From contig BTVV01000012.1 in assembly GCA_045863855.1 (NCBI GenBank), positions 23,330 to 87,329 on the forward strand: DNA of 64,000 nucleotides. The letters run 5' to 3'. The stretch comes from Planctomycetota bacterium. GTDB taxonomy: Bacteria > Planctomycetota > SZUA-567 > H5-PLA8. Below the pieces are notes generated by a model. That model was not told the origin of the DNA. It searched no databases and saw only the letters and a program-made list of their open reading frames with translations. Made by a program: the position numbers and the translations under genes. This document shows positions 1 to 8,540 of this stretch, one piece after another (positions within the stretch are counted from its first letter, which is position 1; the number at the start of each line of letters is the position of its first letter).

Positions 1-856
1 GCGTGGGGCGCGGAGCCTGACTCGCCAGCAAGCGCTTCAGCCGTTCGACTTCTTGCTGCAGCGCGAAGACTTGATTCGAAAGCGCCTGATTCTGCTGCCG
101 CAGGTGCGCCTCGGTGCGGTGGTGCTGGTCGATGTGGCGCTGGGCGTCGTTCAACGCCGAACCGGTTTGCGCGGCCTGCCACGCCGCCGCGTCGCGCTGG
201 GCTTGCGTCTGGCCCAGTTCGCCGGAAAGCCGGCGGTTGGCCGAATCGATGTTCTTGGCCAGGTTCGCGGTCTTGGCCAGATCGGTTTCCAGTTCGACGG
301 CCTTCGTCTGCGCGCGCTTGAGTTCGAGTTCCGCTTCCTTGATTTGGCGCTGCGCGCGGTCGGACTCGTCGCGCAAGCGCGCGGCCTGAGCGGCGGCGGT
401 CTCGCGCTCGACGGCCAAACGCGCCGCGAGTTTCTCGCGATCTTCCGACGTACCGGCCAGTTCGGCCTGCAAAATCGTCGCCTGCGTGCGCGCGGCGGCC
501 AGTTCGCCTTCCAGCGTCTCGATGCGCTGCATCAGATTCGACTTCTCGCTCACCACCTCGTCGAGGATGTTGCGGTGGCGCACCGATTGATCGCGCAGCG
601 CGGCGCTCAACGCATGCAACTCGGTTTCGAACTTCTCCAGCCTTTGCGAAGTCTGCTGCTCCTGGCGCGCGGCCTCACCAAGCTTCGCGTCCTGCTGGTT
701 CACCTGGATCTGCAGCGTCGCGGCCTGCTCTTCGGCCTGCCGCCGTGCGACGCGTTCACCCAGCATGCCGTTGAGCAGCACGCCGCCGGCCACCAGCAGC
801 GCCAGCGCCGCTCCGCCCGAGACCACCCAGCGCTTCGAGATGCTTTGCGAATCCAT
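1..856 (-). CDS. Membrane-anchored coiled-coil protein (runs off the window start; absent from the ORF track)
   Basis: Hand translation from ATG 856 gives MDSQSISKRWVVSGGAALALLVAGGVLLNGMLG (TM segment), then long E/Q/A/L/R heptad-like sequence with no stop before base 1. GGAGG lies upstream. The + strand ORF 53-949 is its antisense shadow. Confidence 0.8.
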   Translation of the reverse strand, partial: MDSQSISKRWVVSGGAALALLVAGGVLLNGMLGERVARRQAEEQAATLQIQVNQQDAKLGEAARQEQQTSQRLEKFETELHALSAALRDQSVRHRNILDEVVSEKSNLMQRIETLEGELAAARTQATILQAELAGTSEDREKLAARLAVERETAAAQAARLRDESDRAQRQIKEAELELKRAQTKAVELETDLAKTANLAKNIDSANRRLSGELGQTQAQRDAAAWQAAQTGSALNDAQRHIDQHHRTEAHLRQQNQALSNQVFALQQEVERLKRLLASQAPRPT

Positions 857-945
857 GTGCCCCGCCTCCAAAGCCCACGCCCGCTTTATAGTACGCAAAC
901 GTATCGAATCGACGGTTTATTCGTGGGATTTCAGCGGCTTCCGTA

Positions 946-1521
946 TTAGCAGCCCGTTGGAAAAGGGTGCTTACCGCGTAAGTGCTTGTCCCGCATACGG
1001 TTCAAGAAGGCGTGATAGGTCGCCGCGCGGAAGTCCGGAAAGGTGAACTCGTGCGCTTCCCAGCGCCCGCCACGAAAGCGCAGCGTCACCTCGGCGAAGA
1101 TGCCATCCTTTAGGTAAATCCGGTGAGCGAAGTCTTTGGTCGAAGCGAGCACCAGCTTGGCGCCGGTGAGATAGCCCGGGTCGAGATTTACGGGCCGGAG
1201 GCGCGGTGCACGTCCGAGAGCTTGATCCGATAGAGCGATCGCTTCGGCCAGAGCGACCTCCAGCGCATTCGCTTCCAGCTTGCGGTCGGCCAGATCCGCA
1301 GGATCGAAGGGCTTAAGAAAAGATACGAAGCGCCGCTTGAGGTCGGGACCCATCTCGCCGGCGTAGTACTCGGTGGCCGTGAAAGCAAAGGGCTCGCTTT
1401 CCAGATCCATCTCACCCCAGCGCTCGACCAACCGCGCGAGCGCGAGCGTATAGTCTTCCTCGCGGCCGTAAAGCACCGCGCAGATCGGCGTGACTCGGGG
1501 AACGGGATGCGGAGCGCCCAT
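946..1521 (-). CDS. DUF4416 family protein
   Basis: Motifs T.YY..EMG..L.R.F, R.VNLDPGY, LVLASTKDFAHRIYL..GIFAEVTL and FPD are typical of DUF4416. Start is 1521 or 1542. Confidence 0.8.
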   Translation of the reverse strand: MGAPHPVPRVTPICAVLYGREEDYTLALARLVERWGEMDLESEPFAFTATEYYAGEMGPDLKRRFVSFLKPFDPADLADRKLEANALEVALAEAIALSDQALGRAPRLRPVNLDPGYLTGAKLVLASTKDFAHRIYLKDGIFAEVTLRFRGGRWEAHEFTFPDFRAATYHAFLNRMRDKHLRGKHPFPTGC

Positions 1522-1569
1522 ACGTGTGAACGGTAAGCGCATCCCGCGCAGGCGTAAAGCCGAGGCGGC

Positions 1570-2397
1570 CTACTCCTGCGGGCGCGGCGGGTACGACCAA
1601 TGTCCGAACCGGTCCTTCCCGCTGCACAGGATAGCTCGTCCGCCCCATCCGTTAAACGGCTTCACGCTGGGCGGACAGTAGCGCATGGTCAGGCCGCAGC
1701 GCCGGCGCGCCGACGGATTGGGCGGGCTGCTGTGCAGCAGCATGTCCGAGTGTATTCCGATTTGCCCGGCCTTCAGCACCGTATCCACCGGTTTGCCGAA
1801 GCGATCGACCCCCTGGGCGGTCAGCCAGAGCACATTCTTCTCGGCCTCTCCGCTCTGCCCGTGCTTCATCGGACCGTGCCGGTGGCTGCCGGGAAGCACC
1901 TGCATGCAGCCGTTCTCCGGATCGGCATCGTCAATGGCCAGCCAGACCGTGACCGTACGGCTGTGGCTGAACGGCCAGTACACGGCATCCTGGTGCCAGC
2001 TCACCGCCTTCGTATCTCCGGGCAGTTTACAGAAGTAATGCGTCCCCCAGCACAGAATATCCTCGCCGATCAGATCTCGTACATACGCCAGCACCCGCGG
2101 TTCGGTGACGAGGTCGTACAGCCCCGCGTAACGCGTGTGCCAGCCGTTGACGGAATAGCTGTCCTTGCCTTCGCGCTGAGCGATCTCGAGCAGGCGGTCG
2201 AAGTACGCGCGGTGCTGTTCCATTTCCGAGCTGCTGAACACGTCCAATGGCGCGAGCCCGCCATCGCGGTTGAAGCGGCCGATCTGATCCGGCGTGAGTT
2301 TCTTCGGCGCCGTATTCCCACACGGCACGAAATCCAACACGCGCTCGATCTCGGCCAGCGGCTTCATTTCGGAAACGGCTTGGACGGCGGCTTGCAT
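1570..2397 (-). CDS. Phytanoyl-CoA dioxygenase (PhyH) family Fe(II)/2-oxoglutarate dioxygenase
   Basis: WHQD (HxD), VTVWLAIDDADPENGCMQVLPGSH, distal His (LLHSS) and Arg (RRCGLT). GAGGAG RBS. Confidence 0.9.
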   Translation of the reverse strand: MQAAVQAVSEMKPLAEIERVLDFVPCGNTAPKKLTPDQIGRFNRDGGLAPLDVFSSSEMEQHRAYFDRLLEIAQREGKDSYSVNGWHTRYAGLYDLVTEPRVLAYVRDLIGEDILCWGTHYFCKLPGDTKAVSWHQDAVYWPFSHSRTVTVWLAIDDADPENGCMQVLPGSHRHGPMKHGQSGEAEKNVLWLTAQGVDRFGKPVDTVLKAGQIGIHSDMLLHSSPPNPSARRRCGLTMRYCPPSVKPFNGWGGRAILCSGKDRFGHWSYPPRPQE

Positions 2398-2527
2398 GGC
2401 GGCTCCTCGCGTGGACTGAATTTCTGTCTCGTGCGTTCAACTTACCGCTCGGAGCAGGACTTGCGCCATGAACGGAGTTCGCTAGTTTATATACTTTCTT
2501 ATCATCCGGCTCAGGAGTTGCCCTCCC

Positions 2528-3328
2528 ATGCATGCTGAGTCCATGGATTTAAATATAAGAGTGGGAGGACTTTATGTATGTACTCCGCGCTGGGCTTCGA
2601 ACGTACCCGAGCATACCGATGAGCATCGATTTTATGTGGGCGTACGGGGCGAAGCCGGCATGGCCATCGACGGCAAGCGCCAGCCGCTGCGCGGCAAACG
2701 GGTCTACTTCATTCCCGCACGGCATCCGACCACACGTCACTGCTCCGTGCGGTACGAAGTCTACTGGCTCCATTTCCGGCCGGTCTCGCCGCGCATCCAC
2801 GCGCGCTTATGCCGGATGACCTTCAAGAGCTGGCCGGAAGAGCGCTGGGCCGCATTCCGCGAGACGTGGACGCGCTTCCCAGAGTTTTTCGAAGCGCGGA
2901 GCCTCGAGATGCAGCTCAGGATGCACGCGTTGCTCTGGTCGGCCCTCGCCGAGATCATCGCCACCGCTCCCGAACCTCCGGCCGGCGAAGCGCGCGCTTG
3001 GGAGACGCTACGCCCGGCCTTCGAGTTCATGGACGCCGCCTTCACGCGAAGCCCCACGCTGGCCGAGCTGGCCGAGACGGTGCACCTCAGCCCCATCCAC
3101 TTCCACCGCCGCTTCAAAGCCGCAACGGGACAGACGCCGCACGAGTACATGGAGCAGCAGCGCATGCAGCAGGCGCGGCGGATGCTGGCGGGCGGTACGG
3201 ACAGCGTAAGCGCGATCGCGGAAGCCTGCGGATACGCCAATCCGTTTTACTTCTCGCGCGCCTTCAAGCGGCTGTACGGGCGCAGCCCGCTCCAATACCG
3301 CCGCTCGGGTGCGCGCGCGGAACCTTAA
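2528..3328 (+). CDS. AraC family transcriptional regulator
   Basis: N-terminal cupin-like region and C-terminal double HTH (LAETVHLSPIHFHRRFK...IAEACGYANPFYFSRAFKRLYGRSPLQYR). Divergent from the PhyH gene. Confidence 0.92.
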   Translation: MHAESMDLNIRVGGLYVCTPRWASNVPEHTDEHRFYVGVRGEAGMAIDGKRQPLRGKRVYFIPARHPTTRHCSVRYEVYWLHFRPVSPRIHARLCRMTFKSWPEERWAAFRETWTRFPEFFEARSLEMQLRMHALLWSALAEIIATAPEPPAGEARAWETLRPAFEFMDAAFTRSPTLAELAETVHLSPIHFHRRFKAATGQTPHEYMEQQRMQQARRMLAGGTDSVSAIAEACGYANPFYFSRAFKRLYGRSPLQYRRSGARAEP

Positions 3329-3350
3329 AATCTGAGCAGGATACGAACGG

Positions 3351-4283
3351 TCAACCGCGGCTGGCTTCGTCCATGCGCCGGCAGGCTTCGAAAATCACCG
3401 ACATCGTCGCGATCGTAATATTGCGCGGGCGCTTCACTTCATCGAGCGATTTGAAGTGGAAGGTGCCTTCCTTGAAGCGGCAGAGCTGGTAGACGGCCTC
3501 CGCGCCGCTGGTGTCGAGCTGGTCGCTGAACGCGAAGGTGTCGCCCGAGAGCGCCATGGCATGCCCGAAGACCGCTTGGCCCTTCTGAAACCCGACGGTG
3601 CCCTTCATCTTTCCGCCACGCACTTCAAGTTCGCCCGTGCGCGCTGTCGTATGCAGAAACTGGAGCACCTGCGGCAGGCTCTGGTCGTTCAGGTTGCCGG
3701 CGAGAGAAAGCTGCGCCATCGGCGGCAGGCCTTCTTCGGTCGCCACCAGATCGGCGCTGGGCGGCAGCGTGCGGTCCTCGGGCAGCGGCGGCTGCTCGTG
3801 ATCGGGGATGACCTTGCCGTCCTTGAAGATATAGCCGGCTTCGAGCGTGCGCATGGTTACGAGCTTTTCGGCGGCATCGACTTCCTCGAGCGCCGGTTCC
3901 ACGCCCGGCCCGCTGCCGACGTAACTGATCATGCGGCCGCCGATGCGAATACTGTCGCCGCTGTGCAGCGGGCGCGGCTCGTCGGCCTTGAGGCGCTCGT
4001 TGTTGAGGTAGGTTCCGTTGGTCGAACCCAGGTCTTTGACGAAAACGACACCCGCACTGTTGACCTGCACCACCGCGTGCAAGCGGCTTGCATGGGCGTC
4101 TTCGAGGAAGATCTGATTGGTCGGTTCGCGCCCTAGCGTTAATTGTTCGCCGGGTTGCAGCGGCATCGGCCGCGCTTTGGCGCCCAGCAAATAGCCAATG
4201 GGTTCCGTAGGATCCATACGCTGGACCACTCCCGCTTCGTAATAGTGCTTAAAGCTCGGGTATTCTGAGGCTGAAGACTCCAA
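3351..4283 (-). CDS. FHA domain + DUF4388 (PATAN-like) protein
   Basis: FHA motifs LGR, ASRLHA, DLGSTNGTYLN. C-terminal GNL...LPQVLQFL....RTGELEV...G.V.F..G and EA.RRMDE fit DUF4388. Start uncertain (TTG 4283 or ATG 4217). Confidence 0.85.
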   Translation of the reverse strand: MESSASEYPSFKHYYEAGVVQRMDPTEPIGYLLGAKARPMPLQPGEQLTLGREPTNQIFLEDAHASRLHAVVQVNSAGVVFVKDLGSTNGTYLNNERLKADEPRPLHSGDSIRIGGRMISYVGSGPGVEPALEEVDAAEKLVTMRTLEAGYIFKDGKVIPDHEQPPLPEDRTLPPSADLVATEEGLPPMAQLSLAGNLNDQSLPQVLQFLHTTARTGELEVRGGKMKGTVGFQKGQAVFGHAMALSGDTFAFSDQLDTSGAEAVYQLCRFKEGTFHFKSLDEVKRPRNITIATMSVIFEACRRMDEASRG

Positions 4284-4492
4284 ACGTCAACCGAACATGT
4301 GCTTCGCATATCGTAAGCTAAAGAGGAACTTAGAGCGGTCGGCGTTACTGGAACGAACCGAACTGTTTAAGGAAGGAGAATAGGTGATTCTGCTTAGAAA
4401 GCCCGTAGTGTACATGGTGCAGTTTCATGACTTGGGGTAAGATGCGCGGCAAGTAGAGCCTGCTTTCCGTAGGCTCCGGGAATCGACAGCGC

Positions 4493-5560
4493 ATGGCTTT
4501 CGGCCACGGCTCGTACGTACTTGAACATCCTTCGGGGGATGCCGCTGGAGGCGGCGGCGAGAAGCGTCGCGTCGTGATCGGCGGGTTCGAGCTCAAAAAG
4601 AAGCTCGGCGAAGGCGCCGTCGGAATGGTCTTCCTGGCCAAGCAGATCAGCATGGATCGCCTCGTGGCGGTGAAGATCCTGCAACCTGAGTTCGCGCGCG
4701 ACCCCGTACTGCAAGAGCGCTTCCTCTCCGAAGCGCGGCTCAGCGCCCGCCTGAACCACCTCCACATCATCAACGGCATCGACTGTGGCGTCGACCAGGG
4801 CTACACCTACTTCGCCATGGAGTACGTGGACGGACCCACAGGCCAGCAGATGCTTCGCGAGCGCCAGAAGATCGATCCGGCGGATGCGTTCGATATGATT
4901 CGCCAAGTAGTCGATGCGCTGATCTATGCACACGCCCAGGGGCTGGTGCACCGCGACATCAAGCCCGATAACATCATGCTTACCTCGGGCAAGGTGGCCA
5001 AGCTCTGCGATTTGGGGCTGGCCAAAAAGATGGGACAGACCGAAGTCAAGGCCGACAGCCGCGCCGGCATGGCGGTGGGCACGCCGCACTACATCTCGCC
5101 CGAACAGGCCCGCGCCGACCGCAACTTCGACGGGCGGACCGACATTTACGCCTTGGGCGCGACCTTCTACCACATGCTGGTGGGGCATACGCCTTTCACG
5201 GGTGGCGGCGCGATGGTCATCATGGCCAAGCACCTCACCGAAACCTGTCCCAGCCCGTGCGACGAAGTCCCCACGATTCCGCTGGTCTACGGCGTTGTGA
5301 TCAGCCGCATGATGGCCAAGGATCCCAACGACCGCTACCCGACCGCCGAAGCGCTGGCCGAGGAACTCGATGCCATTCGAGAAACCGGCCGCCCCGTGCA
5401 CACGGTCTTCCGCGGTGCGACTTCCTGCGCGCTGCCGCAGAAGCTGCTCCAGGCGCGCGGCACCGGACCCCAAGGCGCGGTGCGGCAGTCCGGACGCCAA
5501 ACCTCCGTGACGCGCCGCAGGCTCGGACCCGGACGCACCGGCCGCTTCCGCAAACGTTGA
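4493..5560 (+). CDS. Hanks-type Ser/Thr protein kinase, cytoplasmic (no TM segment)
   Basis: LGEGAVG, VAVK, HRDIKPDN, DLG, GTPHYISPEQ, DIYALG. Confidence 0.95.
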   Translation: MAFGHGSYVLEHPSGDAAGGGGEKRRVVIGGFELKKKLGEGAVGMVFLAKQISMDRLVAVKILQPEFARDPVLQERFLSEARLSARLNHLHIINGIDCGVDQGYTYFAMEYVDGPTGQQMLRERQKIDPADAFDMIRQVVDALIYAHAQGLVHRDIKPDNIMLTSGKVAKLCDLGLAKKMGQTEVKADSRAGMAVGTPHYISPEQARADRNFDGRTDIYALGATFYHMLVGHTPFTGGGAMVIMAKHLTETCPSPCDEVPTIPLVYGVVISRMMAKDPNDRYPTAEALAEELDAIRETGRPVHTVFRGATSCALPQKLLQARGTGPQGAVRQSGRQTSVTRRRLGPGRTGRFRKR

Positions 5561-5599
5561 AGCGCGCTTTCTTCACTCACTCTTTAGAAGGCTTCCCAC

Positions 5600-6538
5600 A
5601 TGTCCGCATTACCCGGCATGGAGCACTATCCCGGCGCGAGCGAGATCGACGCGTGGTGCGACGATCTGTGGGCGCTTGCCGCCCGCACCGCTTGCACGGC
5701 GGGCGTGCTGGCCGATAGCCCGGGCCGCTTCGCCTACGGCGTGCGGCACGCCAAGAACGCGGCATACGTAAAGTTCGTACCCGAAGGCCCAGAATCGCTT
5801 CCGCCGTTCCACGGCTATTGGCAACCCGCGGCCGCCGGACCCGCTCCGCTCCTGGTCCACGTGCCCGGCTACGGCGCCGAAATGAGCGCCCATCCCGAAC
5901 TGGTCGCGCAGGGGTTCAACGTCCTCCACGTCAGTCCGCTCGGCTACGCCACGCCGCAAGGCCCCGACGAATCGAAGAAGAAGGACGGCAACTGGCCCGT
6001 GCTGCCCGAGACCGCGCGCTCGGGCGGGCGCGAAGGCTACCGGCACTGGCTGACCGAAGTGATCCTCGCCGTGCGCTGGGCGCTCGAACAAGAGAAGGTG
6101 CTCAAGAACCGCGTCAGCTTTTTCGGGACCAGCCAAGGCGGCGGAACCGCGCTGCTCTTGGGCAGCTTGTATAAAGGCCGCGGAGCACGCTGCGTGGCGG
6201 CGGACGTGCCCTTCCTGATCAACTTCCCGCTGGCGTATTCCAAAGCCAACCAGGGCGCGTACGGTCTGATCGGCAAGGGCCTCTCGGACTCCCCCGCCCC
6301 GGCCCTCGCCTGGCGTGCCATCGGCACCGTGGACACGCTCAGCCACGCCCACCGCCTAGACCTGCCCGTGCTCCTCACCGCGGGCGAGCAGGACGGCACG
6401 TGCCCGCCCGACACCATCGAATCGCTCTTTGCCAAGCTCCCGGGCACCAAGAGCTACACGCTGCTCAAGAGCCAAGGGCACGACTACACCGGCCCGTTTT
6501 TGCAGCAGGCCGCCGCGTGGTTCCGGTTGTGGGCGTAA
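5600..6538 (+). CDS. Acetyl xylan esterase (CE7-like) alpha/beta hydrolase
   Basis: HVPGYG, nucleophile motif GTSQGGG, ADVPFL, D..CPP and GH triad residues. Confidence 0.8.
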   Translation: MSALPGMEHYPGASEIDAWCDDLWALAARTACTAGVLADSPGRFAYGVRHAKNAAYVKFVPEGPESLPPFHGYWQPAAAGPAPLLVHVPGYGAEMSAHPELVAQGFNVLHVSPLGYATPQGPDESKKKDGNWPVLPETARSGGREGYRHWLTEVILAVRWALEQEKVLKNRVSFFGTSQGGGTALLLGSLYKGRGARCVAADVPFLINFPLAYSKANQGAYGLIGKGLSDSPAPALAWRAIGTVDTLSHAHRLDLPVLLTAGEQDGTCPPDTIESLFAKLPGTKSYTLLKSQGHDYTGPFLQQAAAWFRLWA

Positions 6539-6565
6539 ACGCCTGAGATGAAAATAAGCACACCA

Positions 6566-6596
6566 GAGCTTCGCTGAAGCGCTTCAGGCGAAGCTC
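6566..6596. terminator. Long near-perfect palindrome between convergent genes (possible bidirectional terminator or stabiliser)
   Basis: GAGCTTCGCTGAAGCGCTTCAGGCGAAGCTC is self-complementary apart from one bulged base. No clear U-tract. Confidence 0.45.
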
Positions 6597-6632
6597 AATC
6601 AATCGCGAAGGACCACGCGAACACGATCTGCC

Positions 6633-7481
6633 TCAACCTTTCGCGAACGCCTGCCACTCCGCCTCCACCCGCGCCGCATCGGTCGCCCCGCAGAATCCAA
6701 ACACGCGGTAGCGCGAGACCGCCGTCGCGCCGCGCGCGAGCGTCCACGCACCGGCGATACAGCGGCTTGGCGCGATCCCCAACTGCCCGTCCACGCGCCA
6801 CGGATTCGGATGCTCTGCGTTGCCCGGATGATCCAGAATCGCCAGGCCGCACCAGTCGCCGCGCTCCCGCCCGCCCGCATCACGGCCGGCGATCGGCAGG
6901 CTCACCGATACCCAGCGCGCGCGCTGCCCTTCGGCTTCCTGATTCTTCCGGCCTGCGCTGTTCAACGCTTCGCCGCCGTTCTCCTTGCGGTACGGCATGC
7001 GCAGAAACAGCCCGCCGTACGGATGCTTCCCGAACGTCACTTCCGCCGCCCCGGTCAGCGACCAGATCATATCCAGTGCGTACGTCTCGCCGCGATCTTC
7101 GAGCGTCCAGTGCTGCGTTTCGGTCAGCACCGCTGCGCCGGCCCCGTCGCGCCAATCGCAGACGGCCGTCCAGTCGGCGCGCGAGCCCGTCACCTTCGGA
7201 GCGGCCAGCGGGCGCGAATGGAAAAAACCGCGCTGCTCCTTGGCCCACTGCTCGGTCCAGTAGTCCAGCCCGTTGACGTGATGCAGGCCCACGTACAAGC
7301 CGTGCTGCCACGGATGATGCCCCGGCGCGTCTTCGGTCAGTTCGCCGTTCAAATCCGGTGCGCGCAACGGATGCAGATACAACCGCGCATCGGAACGCGC
7401 GTGCTGCGTGACCAGCGCCGGACCCTCCGGCGTGCGGTGGAAACTCAACGAGTGCGGTTCGTGGCGAGCGTGCAGCGGCAT
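6633..7481 (-). CDS. DUF6807 / so-called 'PmoA family' beta-sandwich protein (not methane monooxygenase)
   Basis: YLHPL, HHPWQHGL, YGGLFLRM, NSAG, DHPGN..HP.PWRV. AGGAG lies 6 nt before ATG 7481. Confidence 0.75.
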   Translation of the reverse strand: MPLHARHEPHSLSFHRTPEGPALVTQHARSDARLYLHPLRAPDLNGELTEDAPGHHPWQHGLYVGLHHVNGLDYWTEQWAKEQRGFFHSRPLAAPKVTGSRADWTAVCDWRDGAGAAVLTETQHWTLEDRGETYALDMIWSLTGAAEVTFGKHPYGGLFLRMPYRKENGGEALNSAGRKNQEAEGQRARWVSVSLPIAGRDAGGRERGDWCGLAILDHPGNAEHPNPWRVDGQLGIAPSRCIAGAWTLARGATAVSRYRVFGFCGATDAARVEAEWQAFAKG

Positions 7482-7569
7482 GGCCAACTCCTAATTCGGG
7501 GATGGGTTCGCAGCACTCTACCGCCGTCCCGCCGCAGGGCGAACGCAAGCCGGAGCCCGCCCGGATTAT

Positions 7570-7622
7570 ACTTTTCTTGACAAAGTCTAATACGCGGGAT
7601 TTACTTTGCATCACAAAGTCTA
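7570..7622 (+). promoter_or_regulatory. Sigma70-like promoter overlapped by two ACTTT-N7-AAAGT operator palindromes
   Basis: TTGACA at 7577-7582. Palindromes at 7570-7586 and 7603-7619. ACAAAGTCTA is repeated 33 bp apart. AGGAG RBS follows. Confidence 0.6.
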
Positions 7623-7633
7623 GGAGCCGCCCC

Positions 7634-8431
7634 ATGCCCGCCGCTCGAAACGCCGTCAACGCGCCCCCGCAACCCGGCGGGCCCGTCGCGCAGAGCTGCG
7701 CCGGGCGCTGGATCGCCTACTTCGAAGCCAACGCCGGGGCTTGGAGCGCGCGGCCGTTGCATGGTTCTGCAAATTTGAACGAGGCCGAACGCGCGGCCAT
7801 CGCCGACTCCATCGCCATGTTTCAGTTGGGCGAAAGCGGCGGCGGAACCCACGTGCGGCGCGCGGCCAAAGCCTACGTCGCGCTCGGCGGCGAAGCGGCG
7901 TACATGGAGGCGCTGGCCCTCTTCATCGCCGAAGAACAACGCCACGGCGCCGAACTGGGACGCTTCATGGATGCCGCGGGGCTCGCGCGCTGGAAGCGTT
8001 GCACCACCGACGGCTGCTTTCGGTCCCTGCGGCATACGGGCGGGCTCGAACGCGCCATCGCCGTGCTGCTCACCGCCGAGATCATCGCGCAGGTGTACTA
8101 TCGAGCCCTCCGCTCGGCGACCAACTCGTCCTGGCTGCGCGCCTTATGCACCCGAATTCTGCGTGACGAAGCCGCGCACATCGCTTTCCAGACCGAACGC
8201 CTGGCGCTGCTGCGCCGATCGTGCGGGCCGTGCGCGCGGGCGTGGCGGAACGCGCTGCATCGGCTTCTATTCGCCGCTGCGGTTAGCTGGGTATACGTCA
8301 CACACGGTCCCTGCCTGCGCGCCGGCGGCTTTCCTCTAAAGCGCTTCTGGCGCGCCTGCTGGAGCCGTTACCGCATGGCGCATGCGCGCTGGAACGACCC
8401 CGCACATCCAACACAAGCTCTACGCCCGTAA
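7634..8431 (+). CDS. Ferritin-like di-iron domain protein
   Basis: FQLGESGGG, FIAEEQRHG (ExxH), AEIIAQVYY, ILRDEAAH (ExxH). AGGAG RBS before ATG 7634. Confidence 0.8.
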   Translation: MPAARNAVNAPPQPGGPVAQSCAGRWIAYFEANAGAWSARPLHGSANLNEAERAAIADSIAMFQLGESGGGTHVRRAAKAYVALGGEAAYMEALALFIAEEQRHGAELGRFMDAAGLARWKRCTTDGCFRSLRHTGGLERAIAVLLTAEIIAQVYYRALRSATNSSWLRALCTRILRDEAAHIAFQTERLALLRRSCGPCARAWRNALHRLLFAAAVSWVYVTHGPCLRAGGFPLKRFWRACWSRYRMAHARWNDPAHPTQALRP

Positions 8432-8482
8432 CGACTAACACCCACCGGGCCGAATCGAGCCGCCTAATCGTACGATTCCTAC

Positions 8483-8508
8483 GAAACTTGGGCCATCCTG
8501 CTCGCGTC
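8483..8508 (+). promoter_or_regulatory. Putative ECF sigma-factor promoter
   Basis: GAAAC (8483-8487) -N17- CGTC (8505-8508), about 30 nt before TAAGGAG and ATG 8541. Palindrome AATCGTACGATT at 8466-8477. Confidence 0.3.
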
Positions 8509-8540
8509 CTACTAAACGAGCCTTTAATAAGGAGTACCCC

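Noticed and set aside
6633..7481. Particulate methane monooxygenase subunit
   Set aside because: The 'PmoA family' label for this soluble DUF6807-type protein is a database naming artefact. It has no TM helices and there are no pmoC/pmoB neighbours.
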